Positions 51,323 to 64,000 of a stretch of DNA of 64,000 bases are shown here, piece after piece. The stretch comes from Haliotis rufescens (lineage: Eukaryota): assembly GCF_023055435.1 (NCBI RefSeq), contig NW_025963890.1, positions 6,758,001 through 6,822,000 on the forward strand, given 5' to 3'. Made by a program: the position numbers and the translations under genes. Under the pieces are notes generated by a model that made no database searches, was not told the DNA's origin, and was given only the letters and a program-made list of their open reading frames with translations. Positions within the stretch are counted from its first letter, which is position 1. Each line of letters begins with the position of its first letter.

Positions 51323-52133
51323 CGACTTACGCTGCTCACCAACTCGCTTATAATCATTGCGATTAAGAGAGGTCATTAACACCCTAAGAGTAAGCATTGC
51401 CCATGGTGAGTTGGGCGTCAGAATGTTTAGTATTCGCATACAAAGGAAAATGTGCATTGCATTCGTTTTATGGTATAGAGTCGTGCCCTTTACCACAAGT
51501 CATCTTATTTTAATTATTATCAGCTGATACACATGATGCTGATAGTGTGTACACGGTGCCCCAAAAAGGATTTCGTACTGCTATCTGACTATTTACCGGT
51601 ACATAGTATTTTTTATAAAACTGGCCACTGACCAGATACATGACCTTAAACAAATGACTATCAATTAGAAAGTTTTGGCTACAATGTCCAACACGATTAG
51701 CACACTTGTTGAGGTGTAAAGCTGCCTCTGGTTTGTGACACTATTTACACGACATTGCTCTCACATGCGTCCGCCAGCTTCATCAACCTGAAGGTCCAAT
51801 GTCGGGACTAGTTCATACATACCTGCACTCCCTTTCACAGTAAACTGAAACGACCTTCATTAAACAGGCCGTGACCCCACCACGGTCACCTCGTTCTGCT
51901 GACACAGGCGTTACCAACTGTACAATTAGCTTTGCGTGGACAGTGTTGGTACCAATATCACTTATAGAACCACTGGTAATACGTGGATAATCTTAGTGAC
52001 AATATATAGTTTATAGTTTTATGAATGAATCGTGAACAGTATCCACGACATTGGTTTATGGTAAGCTAAATTAGAGAATATTCACCATGATGGTTAATGC
52101 AATTCCCTATTTTGACTTGTAGGATATATTCGT

Positions 52134-52300
52134 GTGTTTTTAGGTGAACAATTGACTTGCCTTTGCATATGTTTGTAATGGTGCCACCGCCGGGGAAGGA
52201 TAGGCTCACCTTTTCGCGAACACCAAGTATCATCTCTATTTGATAGTGATTCATAAACACATGCTCGTGATAAAGTCGGAATCGTACAATGGACTCTGCT
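52134..52300 (+). mobile_element. Dispersed repeat family E
   Basis: AACAATTGACTTGCCTTTGCAT..GCTCACC..TCGCGAACACC..GTCGGAATCGTA shared with the 32886 copy. Confidence 0.82.
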
Positions 52301-52657
52301 TTTATCGGAGATTTCGCTTGTGTTTGGAACGTATTTGTTGCTTGTGTTAATGGTATATGAGTGAAACGTTGATTATGTTCATGACAGTAGTTTATAGTTA
52401 AATGAATGAAAATTTGCAGGAAAATGGCTATGAACTACATTCTTTGTTAAAACGTGTTCACGACAGTATCAAATCAACATCTTGTAGACAATGTCTTCAT
52501 TACAATGGCTTATGGAATCATACATGGCGCGATCGTTTAAAGGGTTTAAGCTGTATGAGTTACATATGGACAGTTTCCAGTATCTGAAAAACACGTGGTA
52601 TTTCTCACGACAATATTTTGTAGTATATGAATGACCCGTAGACAGCGTTCATGAGAA

Positions 52658-52790
52658 TAGTTAATAGATAATAGATGATACACGGACAGTGATAGCTAAT
52701 AGATGATAAACGGACAGTGATAGTTAACAGATGATACACGGACAGTGAACATGAAAATTGTTAATAGATAATAGATGATACACGGACAGT
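52658..52790. repeat. Short imperfect tandem repeat (AGATGATACACGGACAGTG)
   Basis: Four copies of the core motif. Confidence 0.8.
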
Positions 52791-54139
52791 GCTCAATAAC
52801 CTACATAATAACCTGTAGGTAGTGCTTCAGTTAGGTATATGATAATTTGAATATATGAGAAAACAGTAGGTTCGTTTACGGTTTTGTTGTTTGAAAATAC
52901 AAGAACCTTTTGCGAAAATAAGAACCTCCTGTTTTATCACACATTTTCATTTTGACTCACTGGGCACGTGTTATTTGTCATATTTGTATCTTCAGATTCA
53001 TAATTCTCACATGGTGCTTCATTCAGATCTATATACCAAGACGGAGCAGAATCTGTGCATTGCATAACGCTGCCTTGGCAATAGTAAACTAGTAATCAGT
53101 AATTATCACGTAATTCCAAGAAAATAACAATATAACTTAAGCTGAGAAAGCCAATCTTTATTTTGCATGGTAAAATTAATAGTTGTACTGGTAATAGTCA
53201 TTTCAGAGGTTTAAGACTTACAGTCCTGATAAGCCAGGCCGCGATGTGCCCTTTGTCCTTCTTTAGTTCTTGTTATCATACACCGTGAGGCATTACAACA
53301 TGAGTTATTATACCTCTGACATTTACATTAGAGTTCTTGATTTATTTGTGGTAATGCATTACTCTTTACAATTACACACTAACGGTGACAGTTGTAATTA
53401 GAAAGGAGTAAGAGGTTGATGTGAGTAAATAATAATTTCTCCTGTGTGACATGTTTAGAACATAAATAATAAATTATTTTAACTTATGTTCATCGTAAGT
53501 TGTTTTCACGAGTTGCCATCGATGTAGTAGTTGTATTTTGATAAATATATGCATGAAACATTCGCTATTTACATATTCAAATGTATGATTTACATGTTAA
53601 TGATTCGAATTTCAAATATGTTTGCTTCTTTCAGCTACGAAGTTATGATAATTAGATAATTTCATGTGAGCAGCTGATTGGGTGATGCGTCAGAAAAAAA
53701 TTATGTAAGGACTGAAAAGAACACTTTCCTTTGATCTCATTTTGTTCTTAAATGTTGAAATGGTGTAGTGTTCGAACTTCAGATTTCCTATGAATAATCC
53801 AGAAGTATTTTTGTTCTTGTTTCCGAAAAAGCCATCCTTTCCTGAATTCCAGTCATCGCACAATTGACCCTCCTGGCCCCGTCATTTACCCGCACGTTGG
53901 TGTGATAAATACAAAACCCTCAGGCGGATCGACTTTGTTTGCTGCCAGATCTCATGTAAAACATTTCCCATCCCAGCAGAAGAGGGTAAATGAGTTTCTG
54001 TTAAAGTTTCAAAACTGGTAAAACAATTAGCTTTATAGGCATTACGTCGTCTTTCCATAGAATACAAGAATACAACATAATTACTATATCCCGCCATGGA
54101 TGTGTGAGTAAGATGGGTTTAACATCATATTCTAGCTGA

Positions 54140-54376
54140 AAGTTAAAAAGTATGGGGCAAGGGCCTCAACTCTATAAAAAAATAATTTAAGACACCAATT
54201 ATCGAACTCATTTGGGATCGTGAACAGTAATATCAGTGTGTCAAATTTCATTTCTCCAACTTAAATACTTTTTGAGACAATTTGTCGCCATCGAGAAGTG
54301 AACGGACGGATGGACGGACGGAAGGACGAACTCCGTTCCTGTATCCCCCGCACCTCTTCGTTGCGGGGAATAATAA
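54140..54376 (+). mobile_element. Helentron-associated (HINE/DINE-1-like) element 3' end
   Basis: (GGAC)n microsatellite, then terminal hairpin CCCCGCA-N9-TGCGGGG and an AATAATAA end; upstream TCAAATTTCA motif. Confidence 0.7.
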
Positions 54377-55159
54377 CCAAATGTGGCAAGTTGTAAAGAA
54401 ACGCAGGAAACGTTTACCCAAAAAATATAACTTTCGAAAAAATCCTCGTGGATGTGAGATGTGTTTTTTGAGAAAAAAATAAAGTAATCATTTTATGAAC
54501 TGCGAGAGTGAAAAACGTCTTTGTTTTTACAGTGGCAAGAATTCCAATTCCAACGCAGTCAAAGAAAGGTCTCGGTGTAGTGTTTGAAAATATTTTGGCT
54601 GTGCCATGTGGCGATGTCGCCGAGCTGTAATCCGCTATTCAATCAAGGAACAATTGTGAAGAATTCGATAGCAAATTTATACAAATATTTGTTGGGTGGT
54701 TCATTGCAACCACTGTCATGCGACTAGGGGTTTAACTGCAATCTACAACGGGTTTCCAATGTTCCAATGGAATTATCTAATCTTAGAAAAACAAGCTCGG
54801 CCATTAAGCAATTTGCAAGGTCACCCGAAGGACGAGCCACGTTGAGCGTCTCTCTTTCAGTATTTGAGCTGCCGTGAAAATGTGAAATATCTTTAACATC
54901 CAGTACGTTCAAATCCCCGAAACGCAGATATGGGCAGTGTTTTATATATTGATCCTTGTGTACATTAAACTGTTGTCACAGCGATAGCCACTGTTCGAAG
55001 ACTGCCGGTGCACTTATGAGATCAGAACGACCCAAAAATGTCCATACATTTTACAAATAGACATTAGGCTAACAATGAATACCCATAAAAATACAGATGT
55101 TGGCTCGGCTGATTGCAAGTCGCGATTTTACCCAGTGAACTGAGCAAGCTCTTAATTAT

Positions 55160-55329
55160 TGAGTGAATTAGTGAGCTTTAAACAGTATTTGAGTTTTATC
55201 ACAGCATGTTATGTTGATGTGCGAGGAAAGTGTTGCAGGTCTTAGACGTTTACCGCTTTGGTGAAATCAACATAACGAGTATCGTGCTGCCTGGAAACAT
55301 ACTTGTAATCTGGGAACCGGGATTCGAAT
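55160..55329 (-). mobile_element. SINE family C, degraded
   Basis: GCAGGTCTTAGACGTTTACC..GGTGAAA..CCGGGATTCGAA. Confidence 0.65.
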
Positions 55330-56280
55330 ATTATTAATAACAAATGCATCTTCTCACTAACAAAGAGTATAGGGGTATAGATAACAATATGTATTCATAA
55401 AGGCGATGTACATCTAACCTACATCAACATTGGGGTGTTTGATAACAATAAGGTCATTTAGTATCGTCATGTCAATAACATTAGTGTGTTATAACACTTG
55501 CATTATTATACAACCATGATTATATTCATTCATTCAACAGCTGTCCAGCATGTCTTTTCAAATATATTCTTACAAGTTAAACTATTGCATTATCTTTGAC
55601 GCCCATATAAATTGATTAAAATCAGTTTGATATGTAATAGTTATTGTCAATACCCTGGACAGATATACCCGTCGTCAACAAATTATGATAGTGCTTTTTT
55701 CTCACACGATATACTTGATAACACAATGTGTCAGTCTGACCTACATCTACATTACAACAATCAAATATATGACTCTGCAAATATGTATTCCAATATATCA
55801 TCTCAGCATGACGTATCTATCGTATAATAAGTGGTATTCAAATAACAGGTCTATGGATCACACATGGTAATGACAGCTGAAATATATCATTAGCAGGACC
55901 ATGCCTGCGGTTAACTTGTAGCTACCTCAACGAAGGTTACACTTGAATCTTTTAAGGACCATCTACATTGTGCACAAGCATAAAATTGCTAATATCATTG
56001 GTGGGATAGCCAATTACGAAGAAGTGCTACCTCATGACTCGCGGCCCTGGCACATTGGCAACGTGACAAGTTAAGCATTTTCTGTTTTTGTTTATTCTGA
56101 AATATATCGAACATGTATCATTACATGCAGGTGTGCAATGACAAAGAACATCTGTAACTGGGGACACTTTAAAGCATGCAAACTAACTTGTATACAGTAG
56201 ACACATTCTTGGCTGCTTCAGAATATACACAGGACATGCTTAAACCGGGAATGTAAAGAGTGTTGACCAACACGCTATGA

Positions 56281-56405
56281 TCCCTTGTGTTTGTGACGAA
56301 TGCCACAGGTGGGGCAGGGTACGTTCACCTTGGGTACACCTGATACCGTCACCATGTGATAGTGATTCATTAACACATGTTTATGACAGTCGTAATCGTA
56401 CGATG
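56281..56405 (+). mobile_element. Dispersed repeat family E
   Basis: TGCCACAGGTGGGGCAGG..CACCTGAT..GATAGTGATTCAT. Confidence 0.75.
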
Positions 56406-56786
56406 GTGTAGCCTTCATCAGAGTTTTCTTATTATGATAGAACGTATTTTTTCCCTTTTATTTATTAAAAGATCTTGCAAAGTGTTAATTCACTTGACAT
56501 TACCATTTGTCTCAGCATTAAAGCTTTCAGATGTTGTTTCTGTGTTGGCATCGCTATACGAAGATGTACTATTACCACATCTTTGTAAAACACACATATT
56601 TTGCCTCTATTCACTCGGTGCATGCTCAGAGCGCCACATTATTACCCCGGTCAATTGATCAGTGTGCATTTGATTTTTATTCTCTTCTCCTCGGTGTGTA
56701 TACATAGGTTTTTAAATGTTGCTGCTCTTGAACCAATTCAGTTGTAATCATAGATGGGAACAAGTATTTGGCGTTTCAGCTTCATG

Positions 56787-57056
56787 ACTGAGTTTGGTTT
56801 AACGCCGCTTTTAACATTATTCATTATATCACGGCTTTTCAGCTTAATGTGGGAGGAAAGCCCGAAGTGATGCAAGTCTCATACGTTTGCCACTTCGGTG
56901 AAACCCACGAGCACGGGTATGGTGCTGACAAACCTAGAAACATAATCGGGGCGAATCGGGATTCGAACCCACAATCCTAGATTTCTGGCGTGCCCAAGGG
57001 ACGCAACTCTGCACAGCGAATCACGGCGCCTTAGACGACAGGGTACATGTGTCCCC
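56787..57056 (-). mobile_element. SINE family C, full length
   Basis: TSD TTCAGCTTCATG at 56775-56786 and 57057-57068; head GTCTAAGGCGCC..GTGGGTTCGAATCCC. Confidence 0.93.
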
Positions 57057-57915
57057 TTCAGCTTCATGTGTCCAGGACGTTTCTCAAGATTATCTTCATC
57101 AATCTCTCGCAAACGTATCTTCTCTGTCTGTGAGGCGCTAGAAGGTTAACAGCCATCTCATTCTCCCGGGTACCCATACACTGCTCTGTGAACAAAGGCA
57201 TGTTATGAACAAAGTCACTGGTCAAAGGTGACACCATATGCGTCACATGTGCTTCATTGTGGAGCAGGACCGAAGCGCTAGAAATTCACAGCCTAATATG
57301 TATTTATTATATTGTATACAGTTCAGACACAATTCTTTCAGATATATTCGCGCAGCTCAAAGTCCAAATTGAACGTCCCAAACATCTTGATCATGTACCG
57401 ACTATCCCTGAAACATTCATTATATATGATTACAGTCGCTTATTCATACAAATCAAAATGACAACCAGAAAAAAGTTACGTGGCTTTTCTGGCATCGTTA
57501 CAACAAAAAGCCTAAGTGTAGAATCTCTGATGCGAGAAATATCGGTATGGTTTGACAAACACGGCATTCAGAGGTTTGCTCAATTGTGAAAGGAAAACTG
57601 AAATTGTGCTCCTCTCTCCTTCGTTCATAGCGTGGACTACTGGGTAACAGGGTGGTCCTATTGTGAGGTAAATACCTAATGAGTACATTTCTGGGTGGTG
57701 CCATATTTTCATGAAAACACGTGTCTCTATTATCAGTGTCACCTGTCAGAGTAGGATGCCATTTGAAAGAGGTATTTTGTGAAAACGTGCATGCCATGTA
57801 AGGTAATAATGAAAACCATTTGTACGCGATGGTCATGGTATGCGTCTGAACCAATCACATGAGACGTAACACTTTTATTTCTAATATTCTACAAGGAATG
57901 ACCATCAATCCAAAA

Positions 57916-58077
57916 TGAATAAGGGAGTTCGGTTTTACCTCGCTTTTAGCAATATTCCTTTTATATCCCGGCGGGGGACACCAGAAATGGGCATCACACC
58001 TTGTACCCATGTGGGGAATCGAACCCGGGTCTTCGGCGTGACGAGAGAACACTTTAACCACTAGGCTACCCCGCCCC
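57916..58077 (-). mobile_element. SINE family A
   Basis: Reverse-complement match to 58335-58500. Confidence 0.92.
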
Positions 58078-58334
58078 GTCCTGAATGCAATGTGGCAAAC
58101 CAAACTTACCAAAAGAAAGTTCTTAATACATTTATTCGTTTTATATTAGAATTAAACGATAACAAGAATGAACACATATATTATTTTAACACTTTATACA
58201 CTTGAAAATTGGATGTGAATTGTTTTTAAGCGTTATTAAAACGTTACAGGGCTGAAAACAGTCGCTGAAACACTGCAAACGTAAGGTCCAAAATACAACT
58301 ATGATACCTGTATATAAGACGTCACCATCAAACA

Positions 58335-58500
58335 TGGGCGGTCGGGTAGCCTGGTGGTTAAAGCGTTCGCTCGTCACGCCGAAGATCCGGGTTCGATTCC
58401 CGACATGGGTACAATGTGTGAAGCCCATTTCTGGTGTCCCCCGCCATGATATAGCTGGAATATTGCTAAAAGCGGCGTAAAACCATATTCACTCACTCAC
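58335..58500 (+). mobile_element. SINE family A, full length
   Basis: TSD TCACCATCAAACA at 58322-58334 and 58501-58513; intact A/B boxes; (CACT)n tail. Confidence 0.95.
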
Positions 58501-59680
58501 TCACCATCAAACAACCGTTTCTTGTTTGTTTCATTTTTTGCCATTATCAAACTTGGGTGTATACTTTCTTTTGCCCCGCAGTTTAGTATATCGATAAATG
58601 TATTTGATAAAATGAAAATCGTAATCCTATTCAGTCACCGACCCCCTGTTAGTAAACATCACTGACATTAATTTCATAATTCATTCATGACGAAAAAATA
58701 TAATATATGAGTCAAAACCCATTCCATTGCCACTAGAAATCTCTGCTTAAGCAGAGTCGATTGTACCATTGCAACTTTATCATGAGCATGTGTTTATGAA
58801 TTACTATCAAATAGTGATGATGCTAGGTAATGATACCAGAATTGAATAAACATGATTTTATATTCTTCTGATATAATTGTATACATACACATTGGTATCT
58901 TAATCAGTGTATGTGGTCGTTGTTCACATCTGTTAAAAGTAGGTTCATTCAGCGACTTTCACAGTCATCCTCCACAGTTGTGTGGAATGCTGAATGGTGT
59001 TAGGTTTAATCAATGACATATAAAAGCTAGTACACATCTGAAACCAGTTGGTTCGTCTCCGCTTACATATGTTATTATTTTGAAAAGACATTTCTTAAAG
59101 CTTCTACATTTCACACAAACTGTTAGTGCACACCCCGTGTGTCTTTGTTAATCCAGATTGTGAACCCGTGAATAGACAGGGCGTCCTCTAACTTGTCTCT
59201 TGTCAACGTACAAGATTCGAACGTAGAGCTAAGGAAAGATGAGCGGTATTTGTTTGCTTTCCCTCTCAATTTAAGTTCACGGAGTCCGCCCATTTGAAAG
59301 AGAATGCAGCATTTGGCTTAGCCTGTCTCTGGATTGCATTGGAATGTCGAGTGCACCACCATTATATGCAGCCGAGAGAGTATGGAAGGCCAGCTGGATC
59401 AGGTTATTGCATAAGTGCTTTTCTTGCAGTTGTTAGTGTGAAATTCCTGATTGGATGACTCAGACCCGAGCAAACATTATCTGTCCCCGAAGAACGATTT
59501 ATATATCGTTATGTACCCTTGAAATGTTAATGGGCTCTTGAGAACTGTTTGGGGCGTATATCTATTAATCCCTGGTCTACATTATATGCAAATAAACCGA
59601 AAACACAAGGGCCTTCTGAAGTTTGTTGCGTGTGTTGTTTAGTGCAAGAATTAAGTCCTTAGTTCTCATACAGCTGCCTC

Positions 59681-59791
59681 TACGCTGAGATATCTTAAAT
59701 ACTGTTCAAAGCGGCGTTCATTTGTCCTGCTTGGCAGAAATAGTGCCAATGCACTCACTCACTCACTCACTCACTCACTCACTCACTCACT
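59681..59791 (+). repeat. SINE tail remnant with (CACT)n microsatellite
   Basis: GATAT..AATACTGTTCAAAGCGGCGTT followed by a CACT run at 59752-59791. Confidence 0.65.
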
Positions 59792-60701
59792 GAAAACGGA
59801 CTTCAATCACACTCAATATCTCACCACAGCCGCATATATATATGATTGTGTAAATGTCACAATTTATTCCCACCTTCAATAATATATTATTCCTATGAAA
59901 TTCATATCTGTTAAGGGATGAATGTTTATCGATATGTATTGTTATTATTTTTTAAAAGATCACTTCCCATATTTATAAATGTCAAAGCGTGAAGAACCCA
60001 ATCTACTAGAAAACAACCTTCTACAGTAGCACTACCACGTGTAGCCCATGTGATATAATTTCTTTTAATTGTTTATTTTCTAAGGCTATTCCTTCAGAGC
60101 GTCATGCCTTACAGATGTCCGTGAACACGAGTTGTAGCCCCATAGGTTATCCATACAAAACAGGAAACGGAAAAATAAACACAGACTGAAATAAAACCGC
60201 GGACGGTAGGAGAGGCGGACATGTTTGTGGGTTTGGAGGCTCATAAACACATGGAATAATCCAATAAATAGCTTGAGCGGAGGGACATGTACAATCTGTG
60301 ACGAAATATGTTCACAGGTGGCACGTCGTTCAAGGATAGAATAAAAAACGTATCAAATGTCAGCTTGATGCGCCAATCTTTCGAGAAGTCTGAGACTAAA
60401 TATTGAAGCGACCTCACCCAAACTTATTCAAATGGCTACACCATACCTCTGATGAAGATTGTTGAGATAACGAATATCTTCAGGGCTCTGGGTAAAAAAA
60501 AGAAAATCCACAAAGAAAAGATCAGAGAGAAAATTAAATATATGTTGTGCCGGGGTCTTCAGACAGCTGTGCTGATTTCAATAGCGATTTGACCTATGTT
60601 GCACGAGTTGTACATTTCACTTTTTGTTTAAATTCTTTAGTAACTATCTCTTTATGTAGTTGTGTAAGTTTACATGTTCAATCTGCTTGTGAACTTTGAT
60701 A

Positions 60702-61336
60702 GAGCAGCCTAGTGATTAAAACATTCGCTAGTCGTGTTGAAGTCCCGGCTTCGCTAGTCGTGTTGAATTCCCGGCTTCGCTAGTCGTGTTGAATTCCCGG
60801 CTTCACTAGTCATGTTGAATTCCCGGCTTCGCTAGTCGTGTTGAATTCCCGGCTTCGCTAGTCATGTTGAATTCCTGGCTTCACTAGTCGTGTTGAATTC
60901 CCTGCTTCACTAGTCATGTTGAATTCCCGGCTTCACTAGTCATGTTGAATTCCTGGCTTCACTAGTCATGTTGAATTCCCGGCTTCACTAGTCATGTTGA
61001 ATTCCCTGCTTCACTAGTCATGTTGAATTCCCGGCTTCACTAGTCATGTTGAATTCCCGGCTTCACTAGTCATGTTGAATTTCCGGCTTCGCTAGTCGTG
61101 TTGAATTCCCGGCTTCGCTAGTCGTGTTGAATTCCCGGCTTCGCTAGTCGTGTTGAATTCCCGGCTTCGCTAGTCGTGTTGAATTCCCGGCTTCGCTAGT
61201 CGTGTTGAATTCCCGGCTTCGCTGGCCATGTTGAATGCCCGGCTTCGATTCCCATAATAGATACTATTTGTGAAACACATTTCTCCTGGCCCTAGCCGTG
61301 ATTGCAAAAAGCGGAGTAAAACCATACCCACTCACT
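60702..61336 (+). mobile_element. SINE family A copy with a 26-bp minisatellite expansion in its tRNA head
   Basis: A box GCAGCCTAGTGATTAAA before the array; TTCGATTCCC, TGTGAAACACATTTC and GCGGAGTAAAACCATACCCACTCAC after it. Confidence 0.88.
60724..61247. repeat. 26-bp minisatellite (TTC[G/A]CTAGTC[G/A]TGTTGAATTCCCGGC) x20
   Basis: TTCG at 60724 to TTCG at 61244 = 520 bp = 20 x 26. Confidence 0.97.
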
Positions 61337-62299
61337 ATTACTGCATACATACAATGAAGGCATGGTCTTCCTTTGCTTGTCTCTTCAAAGTTATCATTGT
61401 CGCTAACGTATAAAATCTTATAACACCATTTCGTATGCGTATTAAGAAGTTTGGTTTTTCTCTTTTAAGAAAGTTTGAAAGGCTATTTTGCTTGGACAAG
61501 AAATTCACCTAGCAAGCTAAACATCACAGAGGAAGTTCTTAATACGTTTCATCTTATATTTGAATTTAACGTTGTAATGATTACAAAACTGAACGTATTA
61601 TTTGAATACTAGTATATGTTGAACCTGTCCGTTTGGCTGACCAATATGTAATGATGAGGACGAATACCGTTTCCTGTTTTTTTCTCCATAAAATGAGTTG
61701 ATTTTAGAAGTAAGTAGTTATCCTTCTTGTACTTCTTCCGTAGTGTACGCACGNNNNNNNNNNNNNNNNNNNNNNNNNNNNNNNNNNNNNNNNNNNNNNN
61801 NNNNNNNNNNNNNNNNNNNNNNNNNNNNNNNNNNNNNNNNNNNNNNNNNNNNNNNNNNNNNNNNNNNNNNNNNNNNNNNNNNNNNNNNNNNNNNNNNNNN
61901 NNNNNNNNNNNNNNNNNNNNNNNNNNNNNNNNNNNNNNNNNNNNNNNNNNNNNNNNNNNNNNNNNNNNNNNNNNNNNNNNNNNNNNNNNNNNNNNNNNNN
62001 NNNNNNNNNNNNNNNNNNNNNNNNNNNNNNNNNNNNNNNNNNNNNNNNNNNNNNNNNNNNNNNNNNTCTTGACCTGTACGTTGAACCCAATTTCGCCTTA
62101 CCCTCCTTGTATTGATCACGTATCTGCTCTCAATCATTCATTCATATAATAAAGGTCTGGTAAGTGTAATACCTGACAACCAAGAATTACTTTGTACACA
62201 TGAACAGTTATAATTGCACACATAAATAATGTCTTGACGTTACACTATAGATGTTCTTGCGTATTGCTAAGTGTTTCATAACATAATAACACAAATAGA

Positions 62300-63730
62300 T
62301 ATAAAACAAAAAAATAATGAAATTACGGATATTGCAAATTCGATCGTAAACAAATTGTTGTTATCTTTTCAGGTGCTAATCTAAAACTTTTGGAAGTTAA
62401 CTTGCTGTGAAAATAAATTATGAATAATTGCCAAATCTGGTAAAGAGAAAAACTATCAAGAAAGATTAACAGTTTGTCGCAAATCAAATTGTATTTTTTC
62501 AGAAATGCCACTGTCATTTGCTTGTCTTCGAAATAATGCTATCTTTCTATGAAGACGACAAAATTGCGAACCCTGTGTTGACTGCATATAAACATCATGG
62601 ATGTATTATTCGACATTGTAGGAAAAAATAATCTTCAATAAAAACGTCTTTCGAGTAAAATGTCAAACGGTGATTGAAAAGTTCAAGGAGGAGATTTCAA
62701 CTACAGCAGCGTGGGAAAACATTAAAATCGTGAATACATTTACCAGATAAACTGCACATTTCTTTCAAATTTTCAGATTTAAAAATTATCAAAGAATGAA
62801 TGGAGAATTTGTACCCCCGCCATATGTTGTTTGAATCCGAAAAACATCACGTGTCAACTAGAATTGCTGTTGTCAAATATCCCTAGATAATTTCATATTT
62901 ACAGTTGAAACGTGTTTATGGGTTGAAAATTTCACATATGGAAGTCAATATTGGGCGTTATGAGCACTGATATCAGCAGTGAGCACCACGTTCACAAAGC
63001 TTCTCATACAGCCACCAGTTTTCCGTGATTCTCCCCTACAGTGGATTTCCACGGCTTAGCGAACATCCAGAATAACTTTCTTCAATACCGTAGCGTCTAT
63101 TCTGTTTGTGGCCACGGTAGTCGGGTCTTGGATAAACTTAAGTCAGCCCTAAAGATCCTTTGTTATTTTCTTTGTTCAGAATTCATAATCCTTTGGCAAT
63201 CTCTGGGCGGATAGTTCGGAGATATGAAAGAGGATTTTCTGTACAAACCAGCTGTGAATTGAGGTGCTATCACGTATGTAGACAAGCAGGTCGCGGGATA
63301 TACCTTCGATAGTGGAGTTAGTTGAACATGAAATCATCTTAGTGACGCTTTTCAGGCACGAATCGATAGAAGCAAGAATTCAGGAATGTTATGACCACGT
63401 TTGATGTTGGCCACTGGTCAAGGCTAGTATAGGTATTTGACAAGGATATTATTTTATCCCAATGCTGTTTTCATAGCGAATCATGTATAGACGTACTGAA
63501 ACGTTTGAAGACATGGCTTTTATTGATACATTTTATTGCTCCACTGTTACAACGTTTGACTACCCCTTAGCTAAACGGTCCACACCATCGAGTAGGTTTG
63601 CTGTTTATTATTATCATTATAGAAGAAGCATTATTAGAAATATGTTATTATTTATGCAAGATCCCACCAGACATAAAAGAGATTAATTTAGATATGTTCC
63701 TTTCTGTGGTATGTGTGATCTCGCCAATGA
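62300..63730 (-). mobile_element. Fossil LINE ORF2 (RT to C-terminal Cys region), CR1/L2-group-like
   Basis: Collinear degenerate peptides on the minus strand: MIIINSKPTRW (~RVVINGxxSxW), SNVSVRLY(-)DS (~IRLFADDT), LDQWPTSNVVITF, LKKVILDVR (~LEKVQxxAAR), LELFNHRL..IEDYFFLQC (~EDxxHFFxxC). Confidence 0.6.
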
Positions 63731-63791
63731 GTAGATTTTCCATTTAGTGACAATTGAGGTGAAATGTGGTTTAGCGTTCAAGGTTATGATG

Positions 63792-63793
<2 letters not shown>

Positions 63794-63863
<70 letters not shown>

Positions 63864-64000
63864 TGTGAGAGTGTGAGTGAGTGAATGTGTGTGTGAGTAT
63901 GTGTGTGAGAGAGTGTGCGAAGGCGTGTGAGTGTGTGTGTTAGTGAGTGAGTGAGTGTGTGTGTGTGTGTGTGTTTGAGTGTATGTGTGTGTGAGAGTGT
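63794..64000. repeat. (GT)n microsatellite and GT/GA-rich extension
   Basis: Perfect GT run ~63794-63860, then degenerate. Confidence 0.95.

Noticed and set aside
60724-61247. CRISPR-like array
   Set aside because: Head-to-tail units with no unique spacers, SINE-derived, no cas genes, eukaryotic context. The 25-, 57- and 106-bp arrays also lack spacers.
61698-62149. ORFs spanning N runs (also near 41872-42138 and 45918-46229)
   Set aside because: Artefacts of assembly gaps.

Overview
AT-rich, repeat-dense animal genomic DNA with three assembly gaps (41921-42066, 45996-46157, 61754-62066). The SINE repertoire suggests a mollusc, probably a gastropod such as abalone (inference). There is one convincing coding exon (17615-17938, + strand, ATG start, phase-0 GT donor). 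It encodes a helix matching the N-terminal motif of Dapper/DACT proteins, a family described as chordate-specific. No confident second exon was found, so the remaining ~46 kb is probably a long intron. The rest of the window is mostly repeats. These include three tRNA-headed SINE families and a headless, highly structured short retroelement, all sharing one LINE-type 3' stem-loop tail and many with clear TSDs. There are also nested TIR elements/MITEs, a Helentron-type (HINE) end, fossil LINE RT fragments, and minisatellites of 22, 24, 25, 26, 57 and 106 bp. One minisatellite arose inside the tRNA head of a SINE and another shows a 741-bp higher-order repeat. Almost all other ORFs in the track are spurious.
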